A stretch of DNA of 64,000 nucleotides from assembly GCA_951406725.2 (NCBI GenBank), contig OX597819.1, forward strand, positions 70,866,001 through 70,930,000. The letters run 5' to 3'. The notes below the pieces were generated by a model, which saw nothing but the letters and a program-made list of their open reading frames with translations, had not been told where the DNA came from and searched no databases. A program made the position numbers and the translations under genes. Source of the DNA: Octopus vulgaris. Lineage: Eukaryota. Below, piece after piece: positions 38,828-53,000 of this stretch (position 1 is its first letter; each line of letters starts with the position of its first letter).

Positions 38828-41181
38828 GTCCCCAAAACCATTGTCTGGCAACTGATGTTGGTGTGTTTACATCCCTGTAACTTGGCAGTTTGGCAAAAAA
38901 AACCTATAGAATAAGTACCACGCTTACAGAGAATAAGTCCTGGGGTCGATTTGTTTGACTAAATGCAGTGCTCCAGCAAGGCTGCAGTCAAACGACTGAA
39001 ACAAGTAAGAGAAAAGAACATACGCACATACATAATTTTTTAAAAATGTGCCTAAAGCCATCTAAATGGTAAATCAAATGAGTTTTTACATATTGCAATA
39101 ATTACATTGAAAGTGTTGCTCAAGTTTTGACCTTGCCAAATTCTTTTCCCAATAATATAAAGAACTACAGACATTCCAATATATTTAGGACAGTTTTGCT
39201 CCCAGTAGAATTTATCTTTCTGTTATTTTAGTCCTTTGTGGGGTGGGGTTGGGGACGGTTTTTCTTATTTTTCTCTCCCTCCCCCCCAAAGTGGGATATG
39301 TAATGTAATACCATTTAAAAAGATTTTGGGATTTAATTGTTATCCTGAAGCATTACTTTTGCAAAATTGGAAAACTTCAGCATCAAATAATCGGTTTTAT
39401 TCAAGCAACGTCGCTTTCTAATAGAATGACACCATTTTTCACATTTTTCTGCTCTTGCCACAGGTCAGTCTAGCCTTATGCAACAAAATACCATACTTTT
39501 ATACACACACACACACACAATGTCTCTCTATCAGCCTGGTATGCAAATGTCTTTGTGGTACATGAAATTATTTATGATGGTATGTGAATGACTATTTGAT
39601 GTTAGACAATATTTATTCAAATTCCAGGAAAATATAATTCACACAAAAGGTCTTGGAATGTTTTTATTTTTCCTTCTTTTTTCTTTTTCTTTCTCACTAA
39701 AATTGGTTGGTTGATAAACATTGCTTGTAGCCATTTTTAAATGAAAAATATTGATTCGGTTTCACTAGGCACCATACCAAATTTTGTTGGGTAGCTGTGT
39801 AATTGGTTAAATTTCACCTTAGGAAGTATTCTTGTATTATCTGATTGGCATCAGATGAAAAAATGAATCTTCAAAGATTAACACTCACTTTCTAATATTT
39901 AGACTTTTTTCAAGACAAGATGGTGTTTAACTCTTTGGCATTCAGATTCCTCTGTGAAAATTTAATGCTTATTTTATTCAAATTGTTTTGAATGAATCTT
40001 GTATTATCTTGTAGCTTCAAGATTTCTGTGATATGATTGCTTACTTTTAGAATGGCATTGTAGGTGATGTGTGAGAGGTTGGATTTGGTCAGTTTGAATA
40101 TTTAACAAGTAGAATATTTCGGTTGGATTTGGCATGCAAATATGAGTGTCAAAGTTCTACTTGGGTGAAGTAAAGCTTGACCTTCATGTCTTTTGTTTGA
40201 TAATTAAAGTGGGGAGAGGGGGGGGCAGGATGGGTAATTAGAACCCTCTTGTGATACTTTGTATTAAATTAAGTGTATCAGGGGTGCACATTCTTAAGTG
40301 AAGGTATGTTCCCTTGTGGTTAAGGGTGTGATTGTGATTGTGGTTTCAATTCGCAGACTGGGCAGTGCACTGTGTACTTTAGGCAAAACACCACATTTCA
40401 CATTGGTCCAGTCCACTCAGCTGTAAAAGAGGTACCACGCAACAATTGGTTCAAGCAGAATGTTAAGATTTTGGTCACTTATACTCCATGGGAGTCTTGG
40501 GTGCTCTCAGATAGCCTACAAGTTTTGGGGCTCTAAGATAGTGAGGTCCAGGGGTTGATCATGGTGTATGTCAGTATGACACCAACAGATTGGTTATAAC
40601 AGGAATGGTCAACAGGGTTGATTAATATGAGAAACTAGAGCTTAGCCATCATTTTCAGGTGACTTTTACTAATTGTTTTAGATACCTGTGTGGTTGTCAT
40701 CATCAACATCATTTAATGACCATTTTCCATGGATTGGATGTTTCAACTAGAGCTGGCAAGTCAGAGAGTTGCACCAGGCTCCAATTGTCTATTTTGGCAA
40801 GGTTTCTGTGGCTGGGGACCCTTCCTAATGTCAACCACTTCACAAAATGCATTGGGTGCTTTCTGCATGGCACCAGCACAGGTGCTTTTTATGCGTTGAT
40901 ATAGATACCCATGTGGCCCTTCCTCTCGTCACCCAACGGTTCATTAAGAATGTGATAGCTGGCAGGAGAGAAAGCTGCACTAAACATCAGCTGGTACTTA
41001 TTTACAGTCTAGTAGACTGACTGCAGCCACCTGTAATGAAGTGCATTGCTCAAAGACACAACATAGTACTTGGTTCAACAATTGAACCAGCAACATTAGA
41101 ATTGTGGGCTGAATGCCCTAACCACAGGACCATATGCCTTCACTTAGCAACATTTTTATACTTTATTGTAACTGATAATTT

Positions 41182-41410
41182 CTAACTCTTCAGCATTCAG
41201 ATTTCTTTGTCAAATATAATACTTATTCTATTCACTTTGTTTTGAATTTGTTGTGTATTATCTCATAGCTTTAAGATTTCAATGGTATGTTTGTATATTG
41301 TTAGAATGACATTGATGGGTTGGTGTAAGAGGTTGGATCTGGTCTGTTTTAGCATATAACAAGTAGAATATTTTGGCTGGATATGGCTGGATTAAATGCT
41401 AAAGTGTTAT
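41182..41410. mobile_element. piggyBac-like MITE family 3 (end resembling CCCTTTAGCATTCAG)
   Basis: Degenerate TIRs CTCTTCAGCATTCA / TAAATGCTAAAGTG. Relatives near 23760-23974(-), 35420-35630 and 39927-40130. Confidence 0.65.
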
Positions 41411-42906
41411 TGGAAAATGAGGGACAGTACTTAATCCAAATCTTTGTTGTAGATTAGGTGAACTTCTTTAACAAATTTCCCAAAGAATTTCACTTGTGTA
41501 CTTTCATTATTCTTCGATTCTTGAGTGTATATTTGCCGTTCAGGTTCCTAACAACAACAACAGTAATAAATAGAACAGGAATGACTCTGTAATGTTACAG
41601 TTTAAATCTTTCTAAATCAACCTGCTTACTCATTTGGTGAAACGCTAGCAATTGAACTAAGGTAACTTTGTCTAATAACAATCGTTGGTAATGCAGTAAA
41701 TACTTTCACTGTTAATGAAACATAAATATCTCTTAGTGGTAGGCATTGTATGTCTTCTGATTAGCAATTGAAGAAAGTGTCTAATTTCATTGCTTTTCTC
41801 TCTTTCTATCCTTTTTTGTTTTATTTTGGTTTTTAATAAGATGCTCTGCTTACAACATATTAATTACACTCAACTTCAGTCTTTTAATTATAATTTTTTT
41901 TTGTTGTTGTTAGGTGAAAATAGAACAATAATCACAGACTACAGTTGTTGACCGAAAAACAAGCGCAGTTTAATAGTGTTTTTTTCTTCTTTTTCTTTAC
42001 TCTTGTGAAATTAATAGCCAAGACACAGACTAAAAATAACGAACTGGTGTTGAAAATATTTAGCATATTTTAAAAATAGTATTTTACTCTTGGGAGACAC
42101 ACCTTGCACCTTATGGGACTTTGTTTTGCTTTTTTTTTTCTGCACTTAATGTTTTAATGTAAATATTAAAGTTAGATTTTCTTGACAAATTTTCGCAGTT
42201 TGTATGTAGGTTTTAAATATTTCTCAACTTATGAAAAAATATATTTATGTATGTATGAATATATGTTTGTGTGTGTGTATGTGTATGTAGTCAGTTTTAC
42301 TTGCAGGATCTTAATATATCTTTCTTTCAAACAAACAAACAAAAAATTTTTTTTTTAAATATTTCTTTAATGCTGTGTTCAAGTTTAAATGAATGCTTTT
42401 TATATTGGAAGAAAAAATATAAAAAAAAGCATAAAAAGTATAAAACATAAAGTTTACTAAGAAAAATTTAATAACTTCCTCACCATGGAAACAATGAAAA
42501 AGGTAAAAGTGGAAATTAAACGGCAGAAAATGGGAGGGAGGGAGGGAGTAACAGGTAGTAACAGCCCAGAACCACACTTTATAGACATGATTGCATAAGC
42601 ATTGCTTTGGAGAATGGCTAGTGACACTCACTTCAACACCTACAATTTCTCTGACAGGCTGCAGTTATCCTGATTCAGCAAAGAAAACCAGCAGTGCAGG
42701 GCCAGAGAACACCTAATGCCCTGATGGTGACTGGCATAAACTGGTAGCAGCCGGTCAGGCCTCTGTCATTGCTTTTATTGAAATTTAACTCGATTGTTTT
42801 TTACTTTAGAAAATTACTATTTGTAAATCTTACACTGAGAGATATTCAGCAACAGTACTTTGGAGTAAATGTTGACATCAAAAGAATTAGAGAGGAAGCT
42901 CATGCC

Positions 42907-43262
42907 ATAGAGCCAGGTGTCATCTCAGGTGGGTTATCAGAAGGTTTAAAAAGAAAGTTTGCATCATAGAACCAGGTGTCATCTAAGGTGGGTTATCAGA
43001 AGGGTTAAAAAGAAAGTTTGCATCATAGAACCAGGTGTCATTCAGGTGGGTTATTAGAAAGGTTAAAAACAAATTTTGCATGATAGAACCAGGTGTTAAC
43101 TCATGTAGGTTATCAAAAGAAAGTTTGCATCATAGAACCAGGTGTCATTCAGGTGGGTTATTAGAAAGGTTAAAAAAAAATTTTGCATCATAGAACCAGG
43201 TGTTTACTCATGTGGGTTATCAGAAGGGTTAAAAAGAAAGTTTGCATCATAGAACCAGAGGT
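42907..43262. repeat. About 59-bp tandem repeat, about 6 copies
   Basis: Unit CATAGAACCAGGTGTCATCTAAGGTGGGTTATCAGAAGGGTTAAAAAGAAAGTTTGCAT, matching the right end of MITE family 2. Confidence 0.9.
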
Positions 43263-44973
43263 GATCTCAAGTAGTTTAGTGTATATAGAGTTAAGAGATG
43301 TATCTAAAAATTTAGCTGATACTTAACTTAGGATCTAAAACTGAAAAGAGAGCCTAAGGCACAACTAGATATGATAGTCATACAAAAGAACTGGTTATAA
43401 ATTTTACATTTTGTTTGTTTATATAGCTTAACTAATGAAGGATTTAGACTTAGCTTTGCTGTCATTTTCATGTGTGTAATTTGGCTGAAAGTTAAATATA
43501 CTTTTAGACATATTAGATCTAATCTTTTAATACTAGTTCAACTTGTTCATTTACTATTTTAACACTGCACTGCATATTTTGAAAAAATAAACCTTTTAAA
43601 TCCGATTTATCCAAGGTGCAGTTGTCAAGTTGGTGAGCTAATAATGTCTTCTTTATATGTGGTTTGTGAATATGTTAAGTCGTTGCACACTTTTGGGATT
43701 GCTATAGAATCATTTGTTTATTTGTGTGTGTCTCAGTTAATGAATGATTAAGATGGAAGACTAATTGAGAGATGGAATAAGAAAGAGGTTCGTCCTATCA
43801 AGACTCAGTGTGTTTGTGTGTGTACAAAGGTACAGGCATGGATGTATGAAATGTTCACTTCCCAATCACATGGTTTCAGGTTCATTTGCACTCTGCAGCA
43901 TCCTTTGGCATCTTTTACAACCCTGGGCTAACCAAAGCTCTGTGAGTAGATTTGGTAGTCATAAACTGACAGAATATTGCTGTGTATGTGTTTGTTTTTC
44001 TCTGCAATTGCTGGTGCAAAAGGGAAAATGTGGTGGACAGTATGGCTAGTTTCTCCTCTCAACAAATGTCCACTTACATCATGCTTTCAAAGCTGTGTGG
44101 AATAAGCCAGTCACCTCCTATTTTGGTCATCTCCCACTTCTTATCCACCATTCACTACCTCCACCCCTACGGTTGTAACCTACCTCCAATCTCCACCTTC
44201 CACTCTACCATGAACACTTGCAACCTCCACCCATTCACACTCCTCGTTCTTCAGTCCCCATTGACCTATCTTAAAGGTTCACACAAATGCTTCACCACCC
44301 CTATTTTTATCTCCTTTCAGGTATTCCCTGATCACTCCCACCTCCTTTTCTAAAATGTCAATAGTTTTGTAGCCCCCATCTACATGAAACCTGTTTTGAT
44401 CTGACCCCTTCTTTCATACTTCAACCTCTCATCTTTTGTAAAGCCACCTCCCTCTGGGTTTTAATTCCACATCCTGCACAGCAACTTCATTCATGGTGGC
44501 CCAAACAATGTACCCCAGCAAATGCTGTCAAGTGGTTGTTATTAGGAAGAGCATCCAGCCATAGAAACCATGCCAAAGCTGACATTGGAGCATGACATGT
44601 TTCTTGGACCTGCCAAACTCTCCAACCCATACCAGCATGGAACAAAGACGTTAAATGAAAACGGTGATCTCTCCTCTTTATAATGCTTTCTTCATATTCT
44701 AGCAAAACAAGGCAATGTCTTTCTTTTTAACTCTTTGAGGTCAGGTTGCAGTTCCAAGAAAACTGTGAGGAAATTATAGTGGGTATTTTCTGGAATAAGG
44801 CGTCTACATTCTTGTTGACAGTGGCTCTAGTTACATGGCCTTTATTTGTATTTCAAGGAAATTTATTGTAAGCTATTTTTGTTTCATGTCTTAAGAAATA
44901 CCACCACCAATACATTTAGTAGAGAACATTAAATTATGTCAGTGACATAGATATTTGACACCAAAACATATAC

Positions 44974-45024
<51 letters not shown>

Positions 45025-45679
45025 TTAGTAGTATAATATAAAGAAAATGGAGAGTTTGAATACAGCAAAATCAATTTATTTACATAACTGTCATCTGTAT
45101 TAATAACTATCCAAATTTCTGATGCAGAAGCTTTCTTTAAAAGATTTATATTTATTTATTTTGGTCGATCCTTCAAATACAATTGAAAGCATTTGTAAAC
45201 TATGTGGTTTCAAGAAAAAGAAAAAGGAAATTGTTTATGAAATAAAAATGTTTGTAGATTTATTTAGAAATTTTTATTTATTGAAACTTTACAAAACGTT
45301 AAACAGGATGTCAGTTTTTTTAATTTTTTTATGTCAGCGACTATGGTTGGTGGCATTCAGGACAATGATATACAATGTCAGTTATATATTTATTATTTAT
45401 ATTGTTTTTACGAAACTCTTTAAAGGTTAAGTTGATATAATGCTGCAACTTAGCCATTAATGCCAATTTACAAAAAAAGAAAAGAACAAAACAAAGCCCT
45501 CAAAAGACGATGTCTCCTTCTTTTCTGTGGATAATTTGTAAATTTGTCTATGACACTGGTAACTTAAGAGAATATTCTGTTACCAATTATTCTTGGAAGT
45601 TGTTTCATTCTAGTTTCATTGAAAGAAACTTCCAGTCAGCTGAGGAAGTATCTTCATTGAAGAAAAAAAAAGGAAAACA

Positions 45680-46135
45680 GGTACAGGCGTGTTGGTGTGG
45701 TAAGAAGCTTGCTTCCCAACCACATGGTTCTGGGTTCAGCCCTACCGCGTAGCACCTTGTGCAAGTGTTTTCTGCTATATTCTTTGGTTGACCAAAACTT
45801 TCGTGAGTGGATTTGGTAGATGGAAACTAAATAGAAGCCTCTGTGTGTGTGTGTGTGTGAGATCATCATCATTTAAAAACTGTTTTCTATGCAGGCATGG
45901 GTTTGACTGATGAGGTGTGTTTCGTCTTTTCTGTGTTTGTCCCCCACCTCTGCATGACAACCAGTGTTGTTTTGTTTACATCCCTGTAACTTAGCAGTTT
46001 GGCAAAAGAAACTGATAGAATATCTACTAGGCTTAAAAGAAAAATAAGTACGGGGTTGATTCATTTGACTAAAAATTCCTCAAGGCAGTGCCCCAGCATG
46101 GCCACAGTTCAATGACTGAAACAAGTAAAAGATAA
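45680..46135 (+). mobile_element. SINE family A copy
   Basis: Same head and tail, with a short insert in the microsatellite. Confidence 0.8.
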
Positions 46136-46419
46136 AAGTTACTATAAGGGGTAGACATAGCTGCATGGTTAAGAAGGTAGCTTTGCAGCCATGTTCTCTT
46201 GCCAAGGTCAACTTTTGTCTTTTTAGGGTTGGCAAAGTAAGTACCAGTTAAATACTGAGGGTTATGCAATCAACTGCACCCCCCTTCCCTGTATTACTTG
46301 CCTTGTGCCTATAGTAGAAGAAATTATTATTCATTAACTAGTTGATCATTTAACCAATGAACTAATTGTTTAATTAATCCTTCACTCACCTGACTAAGTT
46401 TGTCAAAGTCCTTTGTCAT

Positions 46420-46632
46420 TAAGGTGGCGAGCTGGCAGAAACATTAGCTTACCGGGCGAAATGCTTAGCGGTATTTCGTCTGTCTTTACGTTCTAAGCTC
46501 GAATTCCACCGAGGTTGACTTTGTCTCTCATCCTTTCGGGATCAATAAATTAAGTACCAGCTGCATACTGGGGTCAATCTAACTGACTGGCCCCTCCCCC
46601 AAAATTTCGGGCCTTGTGGCTAGAGTAGAAAA
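46420..46632 (+). mobile_element. SINE family B, well-preserved copy
   Basis: AAGGTGGCGAGCTGGCAGAAAC...GGGCCTTGTGGCTAGAGTAGAAAAG. Confidence 0.85.
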
Positions 46633-46751
46633 GTCCCTTGTCATTTGCAACCTCTTCAATGAGATGCCCTCAGCAGGTCTGCTTCAGGTTTCTCTCTCTT
46701 CCTTAGTTTACAGATTGTATATTCAGATTTATGCAAACACAAGTGAGAACA

Positions 46752-46784
<33 letters not shown>

Positions 46785-47252
46785 CATACATAGATAAAAT
46801 GTGGTTGTGTGTGTGAGAGAAAGAGGAGAGAGAGAACATGTGCATTTATGCTCATGTTACAGTGTGGATTCTGTGAAAGGCGTGAGTGGTTAAATATCTA
46901 ATCCATGGTTGCTGTTTTTGTGAATTGACTATGTGTGCATTGCATTGATTTGTGTGGGTGCATGTGTGGACATTCACGTGCAGGCACTTCATATGTTTTG
47001 CAGATGGCAGGGGTCATATTACCCTTTTATGACTCAACGGAATGAGAAATCTACTGATATACTATACTCCACATAAGCTTATGCAAACCATTTAAACACA
47101 CACATACATAAAGCACTCAGATATGTTTGCCACACCAATGTATGGTTATTTAATCTTACCCATATAATGTATGTTTACTATCCTAACACACACACACACA
47201 CACCAATGTAAACCTATTAATCTAAGGGACTATAATTTTTTTTTTTCCCTCT

Positions 47253-47710
47253 AGGTGCTGGTGGCACATAAAAAGCACCATCCAAACATGGCCAATGCCA
47301 GCGACCCCTGAATGGCTCCTATGCTGGTAGCATGTAAAAAGCAACATCCGAACGTGGCCAATGGCAGTGCCCCCTGACTGCTGACTGGCTCTCCTGCTGG
47401 TGGCATGTAAAAAGCACCATTTGAATGTGGCTGATGCCAGTGCCCTCTGACTGGCTCCTGTACTGGTGGCACAGAAAAAGCACCATCTGAATGTGATCGA
47501 TGCCAGGCTCGCCTGACTGGCTCCTGTGCTGGTGGCACATAAAAAGCACTTACTACATTCTTGGAGTGGTTGGCATTAGGAAGGGCATCCAGCTGTAGAA
47601 ACTTTGTCAGATCGGGTTGAAGCCTGGTTCAGCCTTCTGGCTTGCCAGTCCTCAGTCAAACCATCCAACCCATGCCAGCATGGAAAGCGGATGTTAAACA
47701 ATGACGGTGA
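47253..47710 (+). mobile_element. SINE-like family C copy with about five 65-bp internal units
   Basis: Unit approx. TGGCTCCTGTGCTGGTGGCACATAAAAAGCACCATCCGAACGTGGCCAATGCCAGTGCCCCCTGAC, repeated before the core. Confidence 0.8.
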
Positions 47711-47867
47711 TGGTTACATGATAAGAAGTTTGTTTTCTAACCACGTTTCTGGGTTCAGTCCCACTTCATAGCAGCACCTTGGGTAACTGTATTCTACTAC
47801 AGCCTCATGCTGACCAAAGCCTTGTGAGTGGATTTGGTTGATGGAAACTGAAAGAAACCTGTCATAT

Positions 47868-47912
<45 letters not shown>

Positions 47913-48802
47913 TTGTCCTCTACTACCACTTGACAACCAGTATTGGTGTATTTAAGTCTCTATAATTTAGCGGTTCAGCAACAGAGACTGATACAATAAG
48001 TACCAGGCTTAAAAAATAAATACTAGTGTCTATTCATTTGAGTAAAATTTCTTCAAGGCTGTGCTCCAGCATGGCTACAGTCTAATGACTGAAACAAGGA
48101 AAAATATAAACAATATAAAAGTAACTGATACGAATATTGGTTGGTTGATTTTTGCAGTCAAACTTTGTGTTGTATAGAGAAGTGGGGAAGAGAGAGGTGC
48201 AGGATGAGTGCATATTAGGCTTGGTGGCAGGCAATTCTTTATTCTCTTACTTGCTTCAGTCATTTGACTGTGGCCATGCTGGAGCGCCGCCTTTAATCAA
48301 AGAAATCAACCGCTGGCATGTAAAAGCACCCAGGTGTCATGCAAATGGCGCCCGTGTCGGTGGCATGTAATAGCACCCATTACACTCTGAGTGGTTGGTG
48401 TTAAGAAGGGCATCCAGCCATAGGAAAAACCATGCCAAATAAGACTGGTGCCTGGCACAACCTTCCAGTGTGCCAGCTTGGTCAAACCGTTGAACCCATG
48501 CTAGTATGGACAATGGACGTTAAATGATGATGGTGATAATGTTGCTTTTTCTGTTAAACTGTCCTGTGTCCAAATTTGGCCAAATGCATCTTTTTCCAAT
48601 ATCTATTTTTGCTCACAGTAGCCAGTTTTTTTGGTCAAACTATCGTATCTCCAGCTGCTTCAGATGAAAGGTATCAAAAATTGTCAAAGTGTAGTACAAC
48701 GGTTTTGCTATGGAATGGTGAAACTAGTTTTTCGTTTTCTGAAAAAGCAACATTTTAGACTTACGACACTTTTGCATAATAGCAACGATATATATTTATT
48801 CG

Positions 48803-49068
48803 AAACCGCGGTTTCGATTCCCAGACCGGGCGTTGTGAGTGTTTATTGAGCGAAAACACCTAAAGCTCCATGCGGCTCCGGCAAGGGATGGTGGTAATCC
48901 CTGCTGTACTCTTTCGCCACAACTTTCTTTCACTCTTTCTTCTGTTGGCCTGCTCGCTTAGCCAGCGGGGTGGCATCATTTGAAGGCTAAATCAATGCGA
49001 AGCACATTGTGACCTGCGATGTGTAGCAACATCTGATAGCCTGGTCAGTCACGGTGATCACGGTGATA
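48803..49068 (+). mobile_element. SINE-like family E (second copy at about 2975-3200)
   Basis: B-box-like GGTTTCGATTCC and a shared 3' block TGTTGGCCTGCT...GCAACATCTGATAGCCTGGTC. Confidence 0.7.
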
Positions 49069-50021
49069 TATTTATTAATGCTTGTTTTTATGTTGAGTTA
49101 TAATAAAAATGATTTTGCATTAATCTAGTGGGTTTCTCCATACTTTTATAGAGTACAAATTTATTGTTATTAAACAAGAATATTATTGACAGTAACTTCG
49201 AAGTTTCATCAAGCTAACCCATCATCAGCTTAGGTGGCTGAAACTTTAAACTCACTGTTGTTACTATTCTTATTAAAGAATTTTACTTCATTTCCCTAAT
49301 TTTGTCAGATCTTTACCAAAGTTAATACTTAATGTAATTCCTACTGAAATTTCTAAATATTTAATGTCTCATTGCAACTGTTATCTTTCTGCTCATTCTT
49401 CTAAACCTTGACACCAAAGACTATAGTAATGGCATTACAGAAAGCTTCAGCTTTTAATTCCATCTTTTACTATCACTTAATGCTTCTGATGCATTCTCTT
49501 CTGCCACCCTACATTCAGTTCTTCAAAGCTTTTAGATAACTTCCAACTTGTTTGTTCTGTTTCACGATTTCCTTTCACTTTTCTGCCTTTTTCATTAATT
49601 GGATTTTGTAAAAGTGCTGCGGCAACCATTGTTATAATAATTATTAGAGAAAAGAGGCTGATGAAAGATAACAAATTACTTAGAAAAGACATAACGATTC
49701 CGTTACAGTCAATACTTTTAGATGTCAGTTAAGATGTTAAGATGTAGCCATGCTAATCAAGACAAACTTTTTTTCCCCCCTTAGTTTAGATTTTATTTCC
49801 CTCCCCCCTCCCCACATGCCCCTCCATTCAATGTGGTTTACGACTTGTAATTCTTGTAATTAGTAGATATACTTGGTATGTTACATTCAAAACAAACTTC
49901 TTTTGCAAATCTGCTGTCTGACCCCCCACCCCCTCACAAGATTTACTGGCAACAGCTGTTGGTGTTTGCAATATGTTAGATCTTTTTAAAATGTGCAGTC
50001 ACTCATTCTCCTACCACTAAC

Positions 50022-50055
<34 letters not shown>

Positions 50056-50060
50056 GTATG

Positions 50061-50092
<32 letters not shown>

Positions 50093-53000
50093 TATGTATG
50101 TATACATATGTATATATCTTATTCTTAAGTAAGAATGTTGTAGACAATTACTTCGTTGCAGCTAATTAATCCACTGTCGGACAGTAATGCATTAGACTTA
50201 ATCTTGACTTTATATAATCTCTGTTGGGTTAAAGTTTTCCTTGTGTGTTTTGTGTGCTGGTTATTAGGTTTTAGGGTGGATTGTTATGGAGAGGTGTTTT
50301 GGGGAAATTTTTATTGATTAAATTTGGGGTTATGTTATTGTTTAGAATTTATTCATGTATTTAGGTGTGCACAGTTTAGTGTTTAAATTATTTTTCGTTT
50401 ATTGGGTTTAACCCTTTGTTTGACAATGTAAAGGTCAAAGTTCAATATTTAGAGCCCTATTAACTTTTTTGTTACGGATTTTTTTTTTTTAATAGAAAAA
50501 TTATTATTTCTAAGTCTCTGAACAATATCAGCGACTATGTCACTTTGAAAAACATATTTCGAACAAGGGTTTTGTGTCACCTTCTCTTGCCACGCAGTTA
50601 TTCTGTGCTGATGAAGAGAAGTAACTCAGAAGCCATTGTTATACAGATATTGCTTTTGGGCTGGGTGGGGACACTAAACTCCCTTGTTTGAAAATATAAG
50701 AACCCACATAGTGCATTGAAAGCCAGCTGCAGACGATGTGCTGTGGCAAAATTGTTAGCAAATGGAGCAAGATGCTGAGTGGTTTTGAGTTCAAATTCCA
50801 CCAAAGTCAACTTTGCCTTTCAACCTTTTGGGAGCCGATAAAAGTACCAGTTGGACACTGAGGTTGATCTAATTGTCTTTTACCCTCTCCTGAAATTGCT
50901 GGCCTTGTGCCAAAATTTGAAGCCATTATAACTGAACTTAAAAACAAACATGGACTTATATATATATATTTCCCTCTTTACACACCCTAAAAATATTGTA
51001 ATCGTGCCACATGTATCCCTACTACTGATTTTTATGCGCGTATTCCAAAATTCCAGTCTTAATGAACCTGTTAAAAAGATTTTGTTCCTGGAAAATTAAG
51101 GTCATGGAGCTCTAAAATGTGAGAGTTAAGGCCCCTGTTGGGGATGAGCATCTTAATGTCAACCAGAGAAGTTGAATTGTTGAGAATCTTTTTAACTTTG
51201 GTCTTATATCTATTGTTTGAATTTCTTTGAAATAGGAAACTATTTCAAACTATTGATAAACTAAGTACCAGTTGCGTACTAGAGTCAATCTAATCGACTG
51301 GCCCCCTGACCCCAAAATTTTGGACCTTGAGCCTAGAGTAGTGAAAAAATTATAAATTGCCTCAAATAATGCAGAAATCCGTCCTGATCAAGAGACCTTA
51401 TCTGATGGGGAAGACATGGTCTACATAAAATATAAAAATCTCAAATAAATGCATTCCATTGTGAAATTTGTGTGGCAACAACAGCCTACATAACTTGTGT
51501 GTGTGTGTGTGCATTCTGCTTTAGTTAAGAAATGGTGACAAGTAAAAATTTTGTAAATAAAATTATAGGCTTTGATGCTTTGAATTCATATTCCGCCAAG
51601 GTCGACTTTGCTTTTCATCCTTTCGCAGTCGATATATTAAGTACCAGTTGCATACTGGGGTTGATCTAATTGACTGGCTCCCTCCCCCAAAATTTTGTGC
51701 CTTGTGCTCAGAGTAGAAAAAATTATTCTCTTTTCTCTTTCTTTCTTGTCTTTATTCTCTTTTCTCTTTTTTTCTTGTCTTTCTTAATTTTTTTTTTTAT
51801 CTTTATCCTTGATCAAGCTCTCTTTACTAGAGACACTCTGCAAATGTCAACTAATGCTTCTTGAAACTATATTCTATGTTCGTTAAGATAATTATACCAC
51901 TTTCAGAAACAGGGTGTGTGTGTGTGTTTTGAGAAACCTCATTCCTGTGATGTTTGAACAGTTGTAATCTTGTCAGCAGAGGTTTTTCGAGTACCTAGTT
52001 TCTATTTGTATTGCAGTACAGAATACTAACTGGTTGATATTATTTTGCGTCGTTCAGTCTTTTATTTATACGAGTGGATGTCTGCCTCCGTATATATGTT
52101 CGTACACATATCCAATGGCATTTCTTGTCAAACTTCAAAATAGTTGAGATGGCTGTGTGGTTAAGAAACTCACTTTACAACCACATGGTTCCCGGTTCAA
52201 TCCCACTGAATGGCACCTTCTACTGTAGTCCCAGACTGATCAAAGCCTTGTGAGTGGACATTGTAGGTGGAAGCTGAAAGTAGTCCCTTGTGTGTTTGTG
52301 TTTGTGTGTTTTTGTGTGTGTTTGTGTGCCTAAAAATCCATGAGTTAGAAAAATGACAGACATTCATGTTGCTGAATAGTGGGGTATATTATTATTAGTA
52401 AAAAAATGCCGAGTCTACACTGTATTACACTATTTCAACCTTTTCTGATGATTGCCAGGGTTTTCTCAACTTTCTGGTATGAAACTGATTAGTAAACTAG
52501 CTATTAGGAGTCTATATTCTATTTTGTTAATAATAATAATGATGATGACGTGATGTATCTCTGATTGCAAGCAGGTGTAGCAAGGGAATATCTGTTTTGT
52601 CTTGATGTAAAAGATGGGGTACAACAATTATTCTGCTAGCTACCACAGATCTGTTTGTCAGTTGTTTGACCGTAACCAGTTGAGCATATCCTTTAATGGC
52701 TGACGATATGTGCATCTCTGATCATAAGCAGAAGTAGTGGGGGAGCATCATAGCTATGTATTGAGAGGAATTCTTTGGGGTTTGATTAATTTACCCCTGG
52801 AAACATGGGTGTTTTATTTGTCAACTTTAAACACAACTTATCCAGGGACCTTTTGAGTGGGATGGGCTACTTGACCCGAAGAAAATTCTAACTGGGCCCC
52901 ACCTGCAAATCATGTGATGTTTATCTTAATATAGGGTTACCATGTTGTTCAAATATTGTTGTGATGCATGTGTCCTGGTGTACCGTTATCAGATGGGCAG

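Noticed and set aside
45901-45930. CTGATGA as another hammerhead core
   Set aside because: No stem II or GAAA follows. It lies in a small insert within a SINE.
47253-47550. Repeat-spacer-like pattern of TGGCAC.TAAAAAGCACC
   Set aside because: The intervening sequences are homologous to each other, so these are diverged tandem units of a SINE-like element.
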